Source of the DNA: a virus
Direction: 5' to 3' (one strand)
DNA: 64,000 nucleotides
IMG/VR virus record: IMGVR_UViG_3300037560_000207
Span: 96,001 to 160,000 of that record
The position numbers and the translations under genes are program-made. The notes under the pieces are model-generated. The model worked only from the letters and a program-made list of their open reading frames with translations. It did not search any database and had not been told where the DNA came from. Of this stretch, positions 48,498-58,181 are shown one piece after another (the stretch's first letter is position 1; the number at the start of each line of letters is the position of its first letter).

Positions 48498-49133
48498 ATG
48501 CCAAAATTAATTGATTTGATTGGGAAAAAATTTGGAAGACTCGTTGTCTTGGAACGGGTTGAAAATAGCAAAAATAAACAAACTAGATGGTTATGCCAAT
48601 GCAATTGTAAGGATGAAAATGAGATAATTGTTCAAGGTGGTAATCTCAAAAATAGTAATACCCAAAGTTGTGGATGTCTATCGAAAAATAATGCTTTGAA
48701 ACATGGCCATCGTAATGATGAAATTTATACGATATGGTCAGCAATGATTCAACGTTGTACTAATCCTAATAATAAAGATTACAAAAATTATGGCGGACGA
48801 GGAATTACGGTTTACGAACGATGGATGGAACCCGAAAATTTTATTAAAGATATGATAAAGAAAAGGGAGCCTGGGCTTACACTCGAACGAATAGATAATA
48901 AACTAGGATATTCTAAAGATAATTGTGAATGGACCATCTATGAAAAACAAAATAGAAATAAACGAAATAATCGTTACGAAACATATAAAGGAAAACGATG
49001 GCTTTTTATAGAATTATGTAAAGAATATAATGCGCCTTATCACATTGTCTATAATAGGTATTATAGACTCGACTGGACTTTAGAAGAAGCCCTTATGATA
49101 CCAGTAAAAAAATATAAAAAAAAAGAAAAATAA
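48498..49133 (+). CDS. free-standing HNH-like homing endonuclease, family A copy 7
   Basis: Family motifs (TLERIDNKLGY..NCEW); directly follows the dnaE C-half. Confidence 0.8.
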   Translation: MPKLIDLIGKKFGRLVVLERVENSKNKQTRWLCQCNCKDENEIIVQGGNLKNSNTQSCGCLSKNNALKHGHRNDEIYTIWSAMIQRCTNPNNKDYKNYGGRGITVYERWMEPENFIKDMIKKREPGLTLERIDNKLGYSKDNCEWTIYEKQNRNKRNNRYETYKGKRWLFIELCKEYNAPYHIVYNRYYRLDWTLEEALMIPVKKYKKKEK

Positions 49134-49145
49134 TCGACATTTAGC

Positions 49146-49174
49146 GGAACAAATATATAGGTTGGGCGTACAAT
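49146..49174 (+). promoter_or_regulatory. class-1 (ECF-like) promoter
   Basis: GGAAC-N16-CGTACAAT. Confidence 0.65.
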
Positions 49175-49188
49175 AAGATAACCACATT

Positions 49189-49608
49189 ATGTGGCTCTCA
49201 AAAAGGAACAGTAAAATGATTGATATAATTACGAAAAAACAAGTATGTGTAGAACATAATAATATAAATCTTTCTGTACAGCAAGTTAGTGTTGTTTGTT
49301 CCTTATTAGATAAAAATAATATATCATATCATTTAGAGGATGATGCCATTTCAATAGATAGGGGACCAGAAATGACTAACATTACTATCCATAATAATAA
49401 AGATTCGATTTTTGTTCAAAAACTTTTGAATGAACAAAAAGAAGACAAAAATAAATTACCACAAATAATAATACAAGGCAAACAAATTGGTTTTGGTCGT
49501 AGGGCAATAATTGATAGAGCTATTGATATAATATTAACTGATTCTAAAGATATTGATTGGCAAAAACATGATTTATCAATTCAGATTATTATTAAGATGG
49601 AGAAATAA
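49189..49608 (+). CDS. hypothetical protein
   Basis: ORF downstream of the promoter. Confidence 0.55.
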   Translation: MWLSKRNSKMIDIITKKQVCVEHNNINLSVQQVSVVCSLLDKNNISYHLEDDAISIDRGPEMTNITIHNNKDSIFVQKLLNEQKEDKNKLPQIIIQGKQIGFGRRAIIDRAIDIILTDSKDIDWQKHDLSIQIIIKMEK

Positions 49609-49950
49609 ATGGATAGTATATTTTGTAATGCAAAACCAGGTGATATAGTATATGATATTCCACAACCACCAATGTTACGGATACCAGAAAAGTTTTTTTT
49701 GAAACTTAATTCTAAAAGACAAGTGATAGCAATCAATGCAGCAGATAAGGAAATTGATTTTAATCCTGAAAAATTCTGCGAAACCCTAGAAAGGGCTAGA
49801 ATCACTGCCGAACAACTATGGTGGAAATGGTTGTCGCAGAATAACAAAATAGCCTTTCTCGCTATTCAATGTCACCAATCTGGAAAATATCCAGAATTAA
49901 AACCTATGCAACAAACAGAACAATCTGAAGTAGTAAAATGTAAAGAATAA
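49609..49950 (+). CDS. hypothetical protein
   Basis: GGAG SD. Confidence 0.55.
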   Translation: MDSIFCNAKPGDIVYDIPQPPMLRIPEKFFLKLNSKRQVIAINAADKEIDFNPEKFCETLERARITAEQLWWKWLSQNNKIAFLAIQCHQSGKYPELKPMQQTEQSEVVKCKE

Positions 49951-49982
49951 TAAAAGTTTTTGAATTTGAAAGGCGAACAAAA

Positions 49983-50402
49983 ATGGCAGAATTAAGTGTA
50001 TTTGGTGTTGGCGTAGCAACAGCAGACCCTGAATTGAGGTATGTTGGACAGAACAAAACAGCATTATGTACTGTCAACCTAGCTTTCAATCGGAGTTTCC
50101 GTGACAAGGAACAAAATTGGCAGACAGAAGCTTGTTTTTTAAGGGCTCAGGTCTGGGGTAATCGGGCCGAGAAAATGGCCGAACTCGTCAAAAAGGGTCA
50201 GCCAATTTATGTTAGTGGTTATATGAAACAGGATTCGTGGGAAAATGACGATGGCCAGAAAAGAGTCTCGTATTCATTAAGTGTCCGAGACTTCCAACTG
50301 TGCGCCAAAAATGGAAAGAATAAGGATGAGGCGAAGAAAACAAATAAGGCTGAAACATCAGAACCCCCTCCGATGGAAAATGATGAATCGATACCATTCT
50401 GA
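49983..50402 (+). CDS. ssb: single-stranded DNA-binding protein
   Basis: DPELRY, LAFNR, VWG.RAE....KG..IYV.G...Q.SW; acidic tail ending DESIPF. Confidence 0.92.
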   Translation: MAELSVFGVGVATADPELRYVGQNKTALCTVNLAFNRSFRDKEQNWQTEACFLRAQVWGNRAEKMAELVKKGQPIYVSGYMKQDSWENDDGQKRVSYSLSVRDFQLCAKNGKNKDEAKKTNKAETSEPPPMENDESIPF

Positions 50403-50827
50403 TGAAACAGTGCTTTAAATGTAATATAAAGAAAAGCATAGAAGAGTTCTATAAACATTCAGGAATGATAGATGGACATCTTGGTAAATGTAAACAATGC
50501 TGTCGTGTCGAAAATATAACTAACAGAAAGAAAAAAGTCGCTTATTATGCTAACTATGAGAAACATCGTTTCCATGATCCGAAAAGAAAAAAACAGGTTA
50601 TGGAAGCCAGTTATCGTATGCGAATCAATCATCCAAATAAATACAAAGCAAGATATACTACAAGCAATGCTTTAAGAGATGGAAAATTAATTAAAGGACC
50701 ATGTGAAGTTTGTAAAACAAAAATAAAAGTACAAAGCCATCACGATGATTATGATAAACCAATGGAAGTACGATGGCTATGTTTTCAGCATCATAGAGAA
50801 TTACATGGACAGAAAGTATATTTGTAA
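50402..50827 (+). CDS. Zn-finger/HNH-like endonuclease
   Basis: CFKC...K...EFY..DG....CK.C and PCEVC...HHDDY.KP.EV.WLC..HH. Confidence 0.7.
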   Translation: MKQCFKCNIKKSIEEFYKHSGMIDGHLGKCKQCCRVENITNRKKKVAYYANYEKHRFHDPKRKKQVMEASYRMRINHPNKYKARYTTSNALRDGKLIKGPCEVCKTKIKVQSHHDDYDKPMEVRWLCFQHHRELHGQKVYL

Positions 50828-51421
50828 ATGAACTATGGACAGTCGCTAGATAGATTTATCACCTATTTAGCACGGAATATTGCGACTGTTTATCCTAGTA
50901 ATTGCGCTGGTGAAGAAGACTATATCCAAGTAGGGCATTTAAAATTAGCTGAGATTCACAGGGATGAACAGGAAAAACATATTAATCATCTTGGGGCATA
51001 TGCCATTATCGCAATAGCTCGTGCTATGAGGTATGCTGCTATAGAAGCAATGTATGCCGTATCTGCTTCACACAGAATTAAAAAACAAGTCCATAGAATT
51101 GAAATGCTTTTAATTACTGGCAAGACAGAACAAGAAATATGTCAAGAATTAGAAATTACTAAAAATAAATTAGCAAGTTTACGATCATTAATTAATACCG
51201 AATCCTGGCATAGACTATTTGAAGAACCAACACAAAGTCTAGGGTCATTTTTTGTACCTGATGATATTTTATCGTCTGACTATTTGACGGAAGAAGATAA
51301 GATTTTTATACAAGCACAATTAGAAGATACTATTGGAGATTTGGGATTGAGTCGAAAACAACAATGGTTGCGGACAAAGAGTCTTCGTCCAAAATTGATA
51401 CGGAGTGGTTATGGAATCTAA
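50828..51421 (+). CDS. sigma-70-like factor (region 2/3, FliA/SigB-like)
   Basis: EDYIQ.G...L, .AYA...I...M, T..EI..EL.I HTH. Confidence 0.6.
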   Translation: MNYGQSLDRFITYLARNIATVYPSNCAGEEDYIQVGHLKLAEIHRDEQEKHINHLGAYAIIAIARAMRYAAIEAMYAVSASHRIKKQVHRIEMLLITGKTEQEICQELEITKNKLASLRSLINTESWHRLFEEPTQSLGSFFVPDDILSSDYLTEEDKIFIQAQLEDTIGDLGLSRKQQWLRTKSLRPKLIRSGYGI

Positions 51422-53120
51422 TAGTAAACGTCGTATTTTATTTACAGGAGAGGCTTCTTTTTTAGCTACTGGGTTTAGTACTTATATAAATGAAGTAATG
51501 AAAAGACTACATGCAACTGGCGAGTTCGAACTTGCGGAACAAGGATCATACGCTCATGATGATGATCTACGTTGTCAACAAGTACCATGGAAATTCTACC
51601 CAGTTGCTCCTGCTCGTAGTAATCAACAAGCTATGCAAAAATACGCTTCTAGACCAACAAATCAATTTGGTGAAGATAAATTTACTGATGTATGTTTAGA
51701 TTTCAAACCAGATATTGTTATATCTATAACAGATTGGTGGATGTCTGAGTATGTTGAAAGATCACCATTGAGACCTAATTTTTCCTGGGTTCAAATGCCA
51801 ACAATTGACGGTGAACCACAAAAGCCAGTCTGGTTAGATACATATAAGCGATCAGATGGAATTTTAACATATTCAGATTATGGTATGAATTTACTCAAAA
51901 AGACCGGTAGACGTGGTACAAAACTTATTACAAAAGCATCCCCTGGTGTTGATCTTGAAACATTTAAGCCGCCAGATGACAAAAGAGCACATAAGACAAG
52001 ATTAGGAATTGACCCAAATTCTTTGATTGTTGGTATGACTGCTAGAAACCAAAAACGAAAATTGTACTATGACTTAATAGAAGCATTTTCGATGTGGCTT
52101 CATCAATCTAAAACTAAGGGACATTTAGAATTAGCAAAAAAGACATTTCTTTATCTTCATACTAGTTATCCAGACGTAGGATATGATATCGGTAAAGCAA
52201 TCCGAGATTTTAAAGTTAGTAACAAAGTTATTATGACATATCTATGTAATAATTGTCAAACTGCTTATCCATCATTTTTTGCTGGTGAATTAACAATTTG
52301 TCGTAAATGTGGTAAACTTGCAGCCCATCCACCAAATGCTAATCATTCATGTCCGCGCAATGTATTAGCAGATATTATGAAAACATTCGATCTTTATGTT
52401 CAATATTCCATATGTGAGGGTTCAGGTATGCCTCCAGTTGAAGCAATGTGCTGCGGGGTTCCAGTAATGGCTGTAGATTATTCTGCTATGCATGATTATT
52501 TTGATTGCCCGACAGCCATTCCGATTAGAGTACAACGTTTTTTCTGGGAAGCGATCATAGAGACGGAACAAAAACGAGCGCTTCCAGACAATATGGATTT
52601 TGTTAATAAATTAGATAGATTTTTGAAACAAAACGAATCTAAACGAATTGAAAAATCACAACAGACCAGAAATTATGCCGAAGAATTAATTGAAACTTAT
52701 GGTCAAGACCAAAAGATGCCAAGATATAGCTGGGATAGAACAGCAGCTATCTGGGGACAAGTTCTTCGTGAAACTAAAATCAAAGATCAACAAACAACTT
52801 GGCTTTGTCCAACTTCTCGTGTACATAATCCTATCTTGACTCCACCCAGCAATGATATGAATAATAGTGAATTTGTTAACTGGGTAATTGGTAAAATATG
52901 GAATCGACCGGATATGCTTCGTACACATTTTGCAGGTGAATGGCTCAAGTCACTGAATAGTGGTTCTAAAACAGTTGGTGATAAGCGAATACCGTTTGGT
53001 CGTAAAGAATTTGTGGATCATTTTATGGGAATGATACAGCAATCAAATGTGATAGAAGAGAAAAGGTTGGCGATTTTGAATCGTAAAACTTCAGACGCAG
53101 TAAAAGTGACGGTGATATAA
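51411..53120 (+). CDS. GT4 glycosyltransferase with Zn-ribbon insertion
   Basis: ILF.GE, PDIV...D.W, VG..ARNQ.RK, FDLYV..S..EG.G.P.VEAM.CG.P; CNNC..CRKC insert. Confidence 0.85.
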   Translation: MESNSKRRILFTGEASFLATGFSTYINEVMKRLHATGEFELAEQGSYAHDDDLRCQQVPWKFYPVAPARSNQQAMQKYASRPTNQFGEDKFTDVCLDFKPDIVISITDWWMSEYVERSPLRPNFSWVQMPTIDGEPQKPVWLDTYKRSDGILTYSDYGMNLLKKTGRRGTKLITKASPGVDLETFKPPDDKRAHKTRLGIDPNSLIVGMTARNQKRKLYYDLIEAFSMWLHQSKTKGHLELAKKTFLYLHTSYPDVGYDIGKAIRDFKVSNKVIMTYLCNNCQTAYPSFFAGELTICRKCGKLAAHPPNANHSCPRNVLADIMKTFDLYVQYSICEGSGMPPVEAMCCGVPVMAVDYSAMHDYFDCPTAIPIRVQRFFWEAIIETEQKRALPDNMDFVNKLDRFLKQNESKRIEKSQQTRNYAEELIETYGQDQKMPRYSWDRTAAIWGQVLRETKIKDQQTTWLCPTSRVHNPILTPPSNDMNNSEFVNWVIGKIWNRPDMLRTHFAGEWLKSLNSGSKTVGDKRIPFGRKEFVDHFMGMIQQSNVIEEKRLAILNRKTSDAVKVTVI

Positions 53121-54301
53121 TGAAAATCGTATATATTGCTCCATACTATGATGGAACCGGGTATAGTAATCAAGCAGTACACAATATGCTTGCAATGAAA
53201 GCTGGCGGTATTGATGTTGTTGCCCGTGCAGTAAAATTATCTCAATCTAAAAATAATGAATTAGCAGCAAAAGTAAAACATCTTGAAGATAAAAATACTG
53301 ATAATGTTGATATAGTAATCCAACATGTTTTGCCGAATTTATTTGAATATAAAGATGGTGTTAAAAATATTGGCATGTTTTGCTGGGAGACAACCCACTT
53401 TCGACGATCAAATTGGTCTCATTGTTGCAATCTTATGGATGAAATATGGGTGCCGTCTATACAAAATGCTCAGGCTGTCAAAGATAGTAATGTAATAGTA
53501 CCAGTCAAAATATTCCCGTGCGCCTGCGATATTACTCGTTTTAATAATCCACCAGTTCCGTTAAATATACCAATCTTAAAAAATAAATGTGTGTTCTATA
53601 CAATAAGCGAGATGATTCGTCGTAAAAATATAGTTGCAATATTACGAGCATTTTATAGTACCTTTAGTTTGCGTGACGATGTAGTATTAGTAATTAAAAC
53701 AAGTATTCCTGGCAAATCCTCGGACGAGGCAACAGATATACTTAGAACGACTATCGAAGATATCAAAAAATCATTACATACATATGTTAGACATCCGTAT
53801 TATCCACCAGTTGTATGTATTACAGATTTTTTGCCAGACAATAAATTAGATCAATTGCATGTCGCTTGTGATGTTTTTGTTTCTGCAAGTCATGGAGAAG
53901 CTTGGGGAATACCAGCACACGACGCAATGGGGTTTGGTAATCCAGTCATATTAAGTAATTGGGGTGCTTATCCAGAATTGACGTATGAACAAGCACATCT
54001 ATATTGGAAACCAGCACACCATAAATTTGAATGGCCCGGAGAACAAAAATGTGGATGGCTCATAAAGGGACAATTAACACCTTGCTTCGGAGCTGTTGAA
54101 AGTTTTCCAGATTTATATACAGGCCAAGAGCGCTGGTTTGATCCAGATATTTGTCATTTTATTTTTAATATGAAAGAAGCGTATAAAGAATGGCAAAATG
54201 GACAATTACATATCAGAGGAGAAGCTGCTAAACAACGCGCTGCCGAATTTTCATATGAAAAGGTCGGTCAAATAGCTAAGGAACTATTAAAGGAAAAATA
54301 A
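53120..54301 (+). CDS. GT4 glycosyltransferase
   Basis: TGYS, RKN...LRAF, DVFVS.SHGEAWG.P..DAM..G.PVI. Confidence 0.85.
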   Translation: MKIVYIAPYYDGTGYSNQAVHNMLAMKAGGIDVVARAVKLSQSKNNELAAKVKHLEDKNTDNVDIVIQHVLPNLFEYKDGVKNIGMFCWETTHFRRSNWSHCCNLMDEIWVPSIQNAQAVKDSNVIVPVKIFPCACDITRFNNPPVPLNIPILKNKCVFYTISEMIRRKNIVAILRAFYSTFSLRDDVVLVIKTSIPGKSSDEATDILRTTIEDIKKSLHTYVRHPYYPPVVCITDFLPDNKLDQLHVACDVFVSASHGEAWGIPAHDAMGFGNPVILSNWGAYPELTYEQAHLYWKPAHHKFEWPGEQKCGWLIKGQLTPCFGAVESFPDLYTGQERWFDPDICHFIFNMKEAYKEWQNGQLHIRGEAAKQRAAEFSYEKVGQIAKELLKEK

Positions 54302-55321
54302 ATGGCTGCACCACTTTCTGGAATATTAAGAAGTATTAATAGAGACAAAAATCGTCCTCTAAATATTCTTTTTAGTTTAAACCATGAAGCATATCAAGCA
54401 ACATTGGCTAAAACGGGACATAATTTCTATATGGTAAATCACCCTCGATTCCATCAATGGGATAAAACAGAACGAGAAATGCCATCGAATATCATCCCGT
54501 TAGGAAATGGAGAAATACCACATCAATTAAAAACTGATATAGCATTTGATTTAGTACTTTCCCAAAATCGAATAGATCATTACCCTATTATGGTACAATT
54601 GGCTAAACAACTTAATTGCCCATTATTGCAAATGGAACATACTTTAAATTGGCCAGACTGGGATGATAAAACAATAGAACGGATAGGACATCTCCCATGT
54701 GATCATGATATTTTTGCTACTGAATTTTCAGTTGAAGCATGGTTTCGTGATCTCAATGATCCAAATATTACAGTTATTAGACATGGTATGGATACTGACT
54801 TTTGGAATGACTGGGTTGGTGGTGATGGGAAAATAATGACTGCGGTATGGAATTATCCTCAACGAAATAAAATTTGTGGTTTTGATTTATACAAAGAAGT
54901 AACGAAAGGTCTTCCTACTAATGCATGGGGAGATAGTCCAGGCTTTTCAAAGATGGCCAAAGATACTGATCATCTTAGAGAACTTTATCGTCATGCTTCA
55001 GTCTTTTTAAATACAACCCTATGGTCTACAACGCCATTTGGATTATTAGAAGCTATGTCTGTTGGGTGCCCAATTGTGACAACAGCAACCACTGCAATGC
55101 CCGAATTTATTAAGGATGGCGTAAATGGATTCATAACCAATGATCCCAAAATAATGCGTGAACGACTTGAGGAATTGATTGCTGATCCAGAATTAGGTAA
55201 AAAAATAGGTGATGCTGGTAGAGAAACAGTGTTAAAACAATTTGGACAACAACGATTTTTAGATGAATGGAATAAAGCATTTTGGAAAGTTGCAGAATGT
55301 CCTCCTGGTAAATGGCAATAG
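54302..55321 (+). CDS. GT4 glycosyltransferase
   Basis: I.HG.D..F, VFLNTT..S..PF.LLEAM..GCPIV.T, I.DG.NG, IG..GR. Confidence 0.85.
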   Translation: MAAPLSGILRSINRDKNRPLNILFSLNHEAYQATLAKTGHNFYMVNHPRFHQWDKTEREMPSNIIPLGNGEIPHQLKTDIAFDLVLSQNRIDHYPIMVQLAKQLNCPLLQMEHTLNWPDWDDKTIERIGHLPCDHDIFATEFSVEAWFRDLNDPNITVIRHGMDTDFWNDWVGGDGKIMTAVWNYPQRNKICGFDLYKEVTKGLPTNAWGDSPGFSKMAKDTDHLRELYRHASVFLNTTLWSTTPFGLLEAMSVGCPIVTTATTAMPEFIKDGVNGFITNDPKIMRERLEELIADPELGKKIGDAGRETVLKQFGQQRFLDEWNKAFWKVAECPPGKWQ

Positions 55322-55329
55322 GGAAAAAT

Positions 55330-55536
55330 ATGAAAAACAAAAAAGAAGAAGAATTATTTTGGACAGGGCCTGGGTATCGAGGTGAATATCAATGTCCTCA
55401 TGGCGTGGGACATGGTAATCATATTCATGGTTGTGATGGATGTTGTGAACGGGATGATTTTCCCTTGAATGCTGTCAATATCAAAACTACGCGCAAACAT
55501 GAAAAGAAATTAGATAGGAAAAAAAATGAAAATTAA
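55330..55536 (+). CDS. hypothetical Cys/His-rich protein
   Basis: CPHGVGH...HGCDGCC. Confidence 0.55.
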   Translation: MKNKKEEELFWTGPGYRGEYQCPHGVGHGNHIHGCDGCCERDDFPLNAVNIKTTRKHEKKLDRKKNEN

Positions 55537-55996
55537 CCTTGGATGTGGCAATGATGTTCGATCTGGATATATCAATATTGATCGTTTACCATCAAATCAA
55601 GTACCTCCAGATATATATAGACAGGGAGATATCAGTTCTTTGGATTGGCTAACAGAAGATAATACAGTCAATGAAATCATAGCATTGGATTGTCTCGAAT
55701 ATTTACCAACTAATGTTATCAAACAAGCTTTAATTAACTGGGCACAAAAATTATCTGTGGGTGGTATATTAAAGATTTTAGTACCAGATTGCCATGCAAT
55801 AGCTAAATCGTTTGCACAGGGACAATTCAGTCTTAAGGAATATTCACAAATGATTTTGGGTACCCAAGAAGGAAATGATAATCGATTAGCAGTTATTGAT
55901 GCTGCAACACTACTTAGTATTCTTCAGGAAATTGGATTAACTATCTCTCTTAAGAGATACGAAGGTGTAGCAATTTATGTTGAGGCAATAAAATGA
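55526..55996 (+). CDS. SAM-dependent methyltransferase domain protein
   Basis: KINLGCG....GYINID, LEY, L..GG.L.I.VPD. Confidence 0.8.
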   Translation: MKINLGCGNDVRSGYINIDRLPSNQVPPDIYRQGDISSLDWLTEDNTVNEIIALDCLEYLPTNVIKQALINWAQKLSVGGILKILVPDCHAIAKSFAQGQFSLKEYSQMILGTQEGNDNRLAVIDAATLLSILQEIGLTISLKRYEGVAIYVEAIK

Positions 55997-56757
55997 TAAC
56001 TACTGGTTGTGAAGGTTGTTGTTTTTTAAAGCAAGATGATCAAGGCAAGGGATGTGTTTTGCATCAATTATGTGCCCTTAAAGATGGACAAATATTTGCC
56101 CCTGGATATTGTCGATTTTGCCGTAGCCATAAATGGGCCGCAAAACAAAAAACAACCGATTTATCCGAATTATATCGAAAAGTATTAAATGAACGTGCTC
56201 TTAAATTTGATATGTTAGTATTTTTTAATGAAGCTGTCAATCGAATTGAAGATTTGGAACATACGCTAAATTCTGATTGGTATATCGGATATGCCAAGAA
56301 AATTATTATCATGGATGTTACAGGATTCGGTGATCGACAAAATTTAGCTTTACAATATCTTAAAAGTCGAGAACATCCAGTTTCTACAGTAGTTGATAGT
56401 AGTGTTATTCATGAATCACTTGAACAGCGTGAGATAACAATAAAAAGACTTTCAAAAAAAGTAACAGCACCATTCTTTTTATCTATTCCCGCTGGTAATA
56501 CACTTAAAAATTTCGATTTATTTGCTAAAATGATTCAACATGTACCAAGTAGAGTAATCCATTGGTCATTTCCTTTTAATATAGGTATGACAACAATTAT
56601 GCCAAATCAATTATACTATGGATTGTTTATCACTGCACCCTATAGAGCACTTATGAAATCTCCAGAAGTCGAATCATTTACTCAACAATTAAGAAAAGAA
56701 GAAATAGAAACCGTAATGGGACTTTCATGGTTCTGCGAAAAATGTTGGATAACGTAA
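55993..56757 (+). CDS. hypothetical protein with N-terminal Cys cluster
   Basis: ATGA coupling; CEGCCF..C..C..C.FC. Confidence 0.65.
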   Translation: MITTGCEGCCFLKQDDQGKGCVLHQLCALKDGQIFAPGYCRFCRSHKWAAKQKTTDLSELYRKVLNERALKFDMLVFFNEAVNRIEDLEHTLNSDWYIGYAKKIIIMDVTGFGDRQNLALQYLKSREHPVSTVVDSSVIHESLEQREITIKRLSKKVTAPFFLSIPAGNTLKNFDLFAKMIQHVPSRVIHWSFPFNIGMTTIMPNQLYYGLFITAPYRALMKSPEVESFTQQLRKEEIETVMGLSWFCEKCWIT

Positions 56758-56846
56758 TGGGTAAATTTATTGATTTAACTAGACAACGATTCGGGAGACT
56801 TATAGAAAAAGCCTTACAATATCAGTCGGAAAGAAAAAAATGCTAG
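56757..56846 (+). pseudogene. internally deleted remnant of HNH-like family A (copy 8)
   Basis: MGKFIDLTRQRFGRL (family N-terminus) joined directly to IEKAL... (family C-terminus) in 90 bp. Confidence 0.75.
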
Positions 56847-57607
56847 ATAATGAAAAAGTAAATATTATTATTGCAACTCATAATGATTCGACAACAATTC
56901 AAAAAACACTTGAATCAGTTACAAAAGGAATTCGACCTGCTGATCAGGTTACGGTTGGTGATAACAATTCTACTGATGGTACATATGATGTCCTTTGTAA
57001 ACTTCTCGATGCAAAGCAGGTAACTATTGACAATAAAACAGGTTTACCTCCACAATTTAAAGGGAAATTCAACGAAATACCTGTTACAATTTTCCGAAAG
57101 AAATCATCTACAATAGGACATACATTGAATATTGCTATGCAAATGGAATGGAAAAATATTACCTTATTTGGCTTTGTTGATAAAGGAAGTTGGTATGCTG
57201 GGGATAAAATTGCACAGGCTATTAGAGTTTTTCAACAATATCCTGCTGTTGCGTGTGTAGTAAGTGATTTCGATAATCATCATTCGGATGGACGTGTGGA
57301 GAGAGTTTTCCGTTGTTCTTTTGATATGCAAAGATTACTTACTGATTACCAATATGATAGAAACTTTCTAGTCAGAACACAAATATTTCCTAAATTAAAA
57401 TGCGGTTTTAGTGAACAAATGCCGATCAGAGATGATTATGATCTTTTATTAAAAATATCCGAAATTGGATTAATATATCACATACCAGCACCGCTTCATA
57501 ATAATATTATTGTTGAAATTGATGAAACCGTTAAACAATTAATAACACAAAATGAAACAATAACAAAACAATTAACTGCTCAACGTCGGAATAAACCAAA
57601 TGGGTAG
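56840..57607 (+). CDS. GT2 glycosyltransferase
   Basis: III.T.N...TI..TLES, V.D..STDGT, DYDL.L.I. Confidence 0.8.
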   Translation: MLDNEKVNIIIATHNDSTTIQKTLESVTKGIRPADQVTVGDNNSTDGTYDVLCKLLDAKQVTIDNKTGLPPQFKGKFNEIPVTIFRKKSSTIGHTLNIAMQMEWKNITLFGFVDKGSWYAGDKIAQAIRVFQQYPAVACVVSDFDNHHSDGRVERVFRCSFDMQRLLTDYQYDRNFLVRTQIFPKLKCGFSEQMPIRDDYDLLLKISEIGLIYHIPAPLHNNIIVEIDETVKQLITQNETITKQLTAQRRNKPNG

Positions 57608-58178
57608 AAATAAAAAAAGTACTAGACATATAGAAGCTACTAAGCGAAAGGTTAATGCAGAGGCAGAAATGGCGAAACTAGGTCTCACTCTTAAAGATGA
57701 TATAGCACTTATTGGATTTGTTTTCAATCACCTTGCCATTTCTCATCTAACATATTTAGGACTTTCTTCGATTAATAAACTGTGTAAAACATATGCTGCC
57801 ATAGATATTTGCATATTCACTCAACATATTATCCAACCGTGCATACAACTTTTATGTCCAGTTTTTAGTATATCTGATTTGTCTAGGTGGCATCATCATC
57901 CATTAATAGCAACCAGCATCGGAACAACAATTGAGGCATTAGCCAGTAATGCTTCCATAGTTTATCATTATGCTTTTGATCCAGAATTTATTGATAAATC
58001 ACACCGAGAATCGTCCGATTTACGACCTGCATTTTGTGATCCACGAGTACGAGTCATTGTGAGACATGAATCTCATAAAGAATTGATTGAAGCGGAATTT
58101 GGCATCAGGGTATGTGATGAAATTATACCAGATTGTGATGCTGAAATGTTAGCAAAATTGGTATTAATGGAGAAATAA
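57600..58178 (+). CDS. hypothetical protein
   Basis: Coupled to the GT2 gene. Confidence 0.6.
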   Translation: MGRNKKSTRHIEATKRKVNAEAEMAKLGLTLKDDIALIGFVFNHLAISHLTYLGLSSINKLCKTYAAIDICIFTQHIIQPCIQLLCPVFSISDLSRWHHHPLIATSIGTTIEALASNASIVYHYAFDPEFIDKSHRESSDLRPAFCDPRVRVIVRHESHKELIEAEFGIRVCDEIIPDCDAEMLAKLVLMEK

Positions 58179-58181
58179 AAA

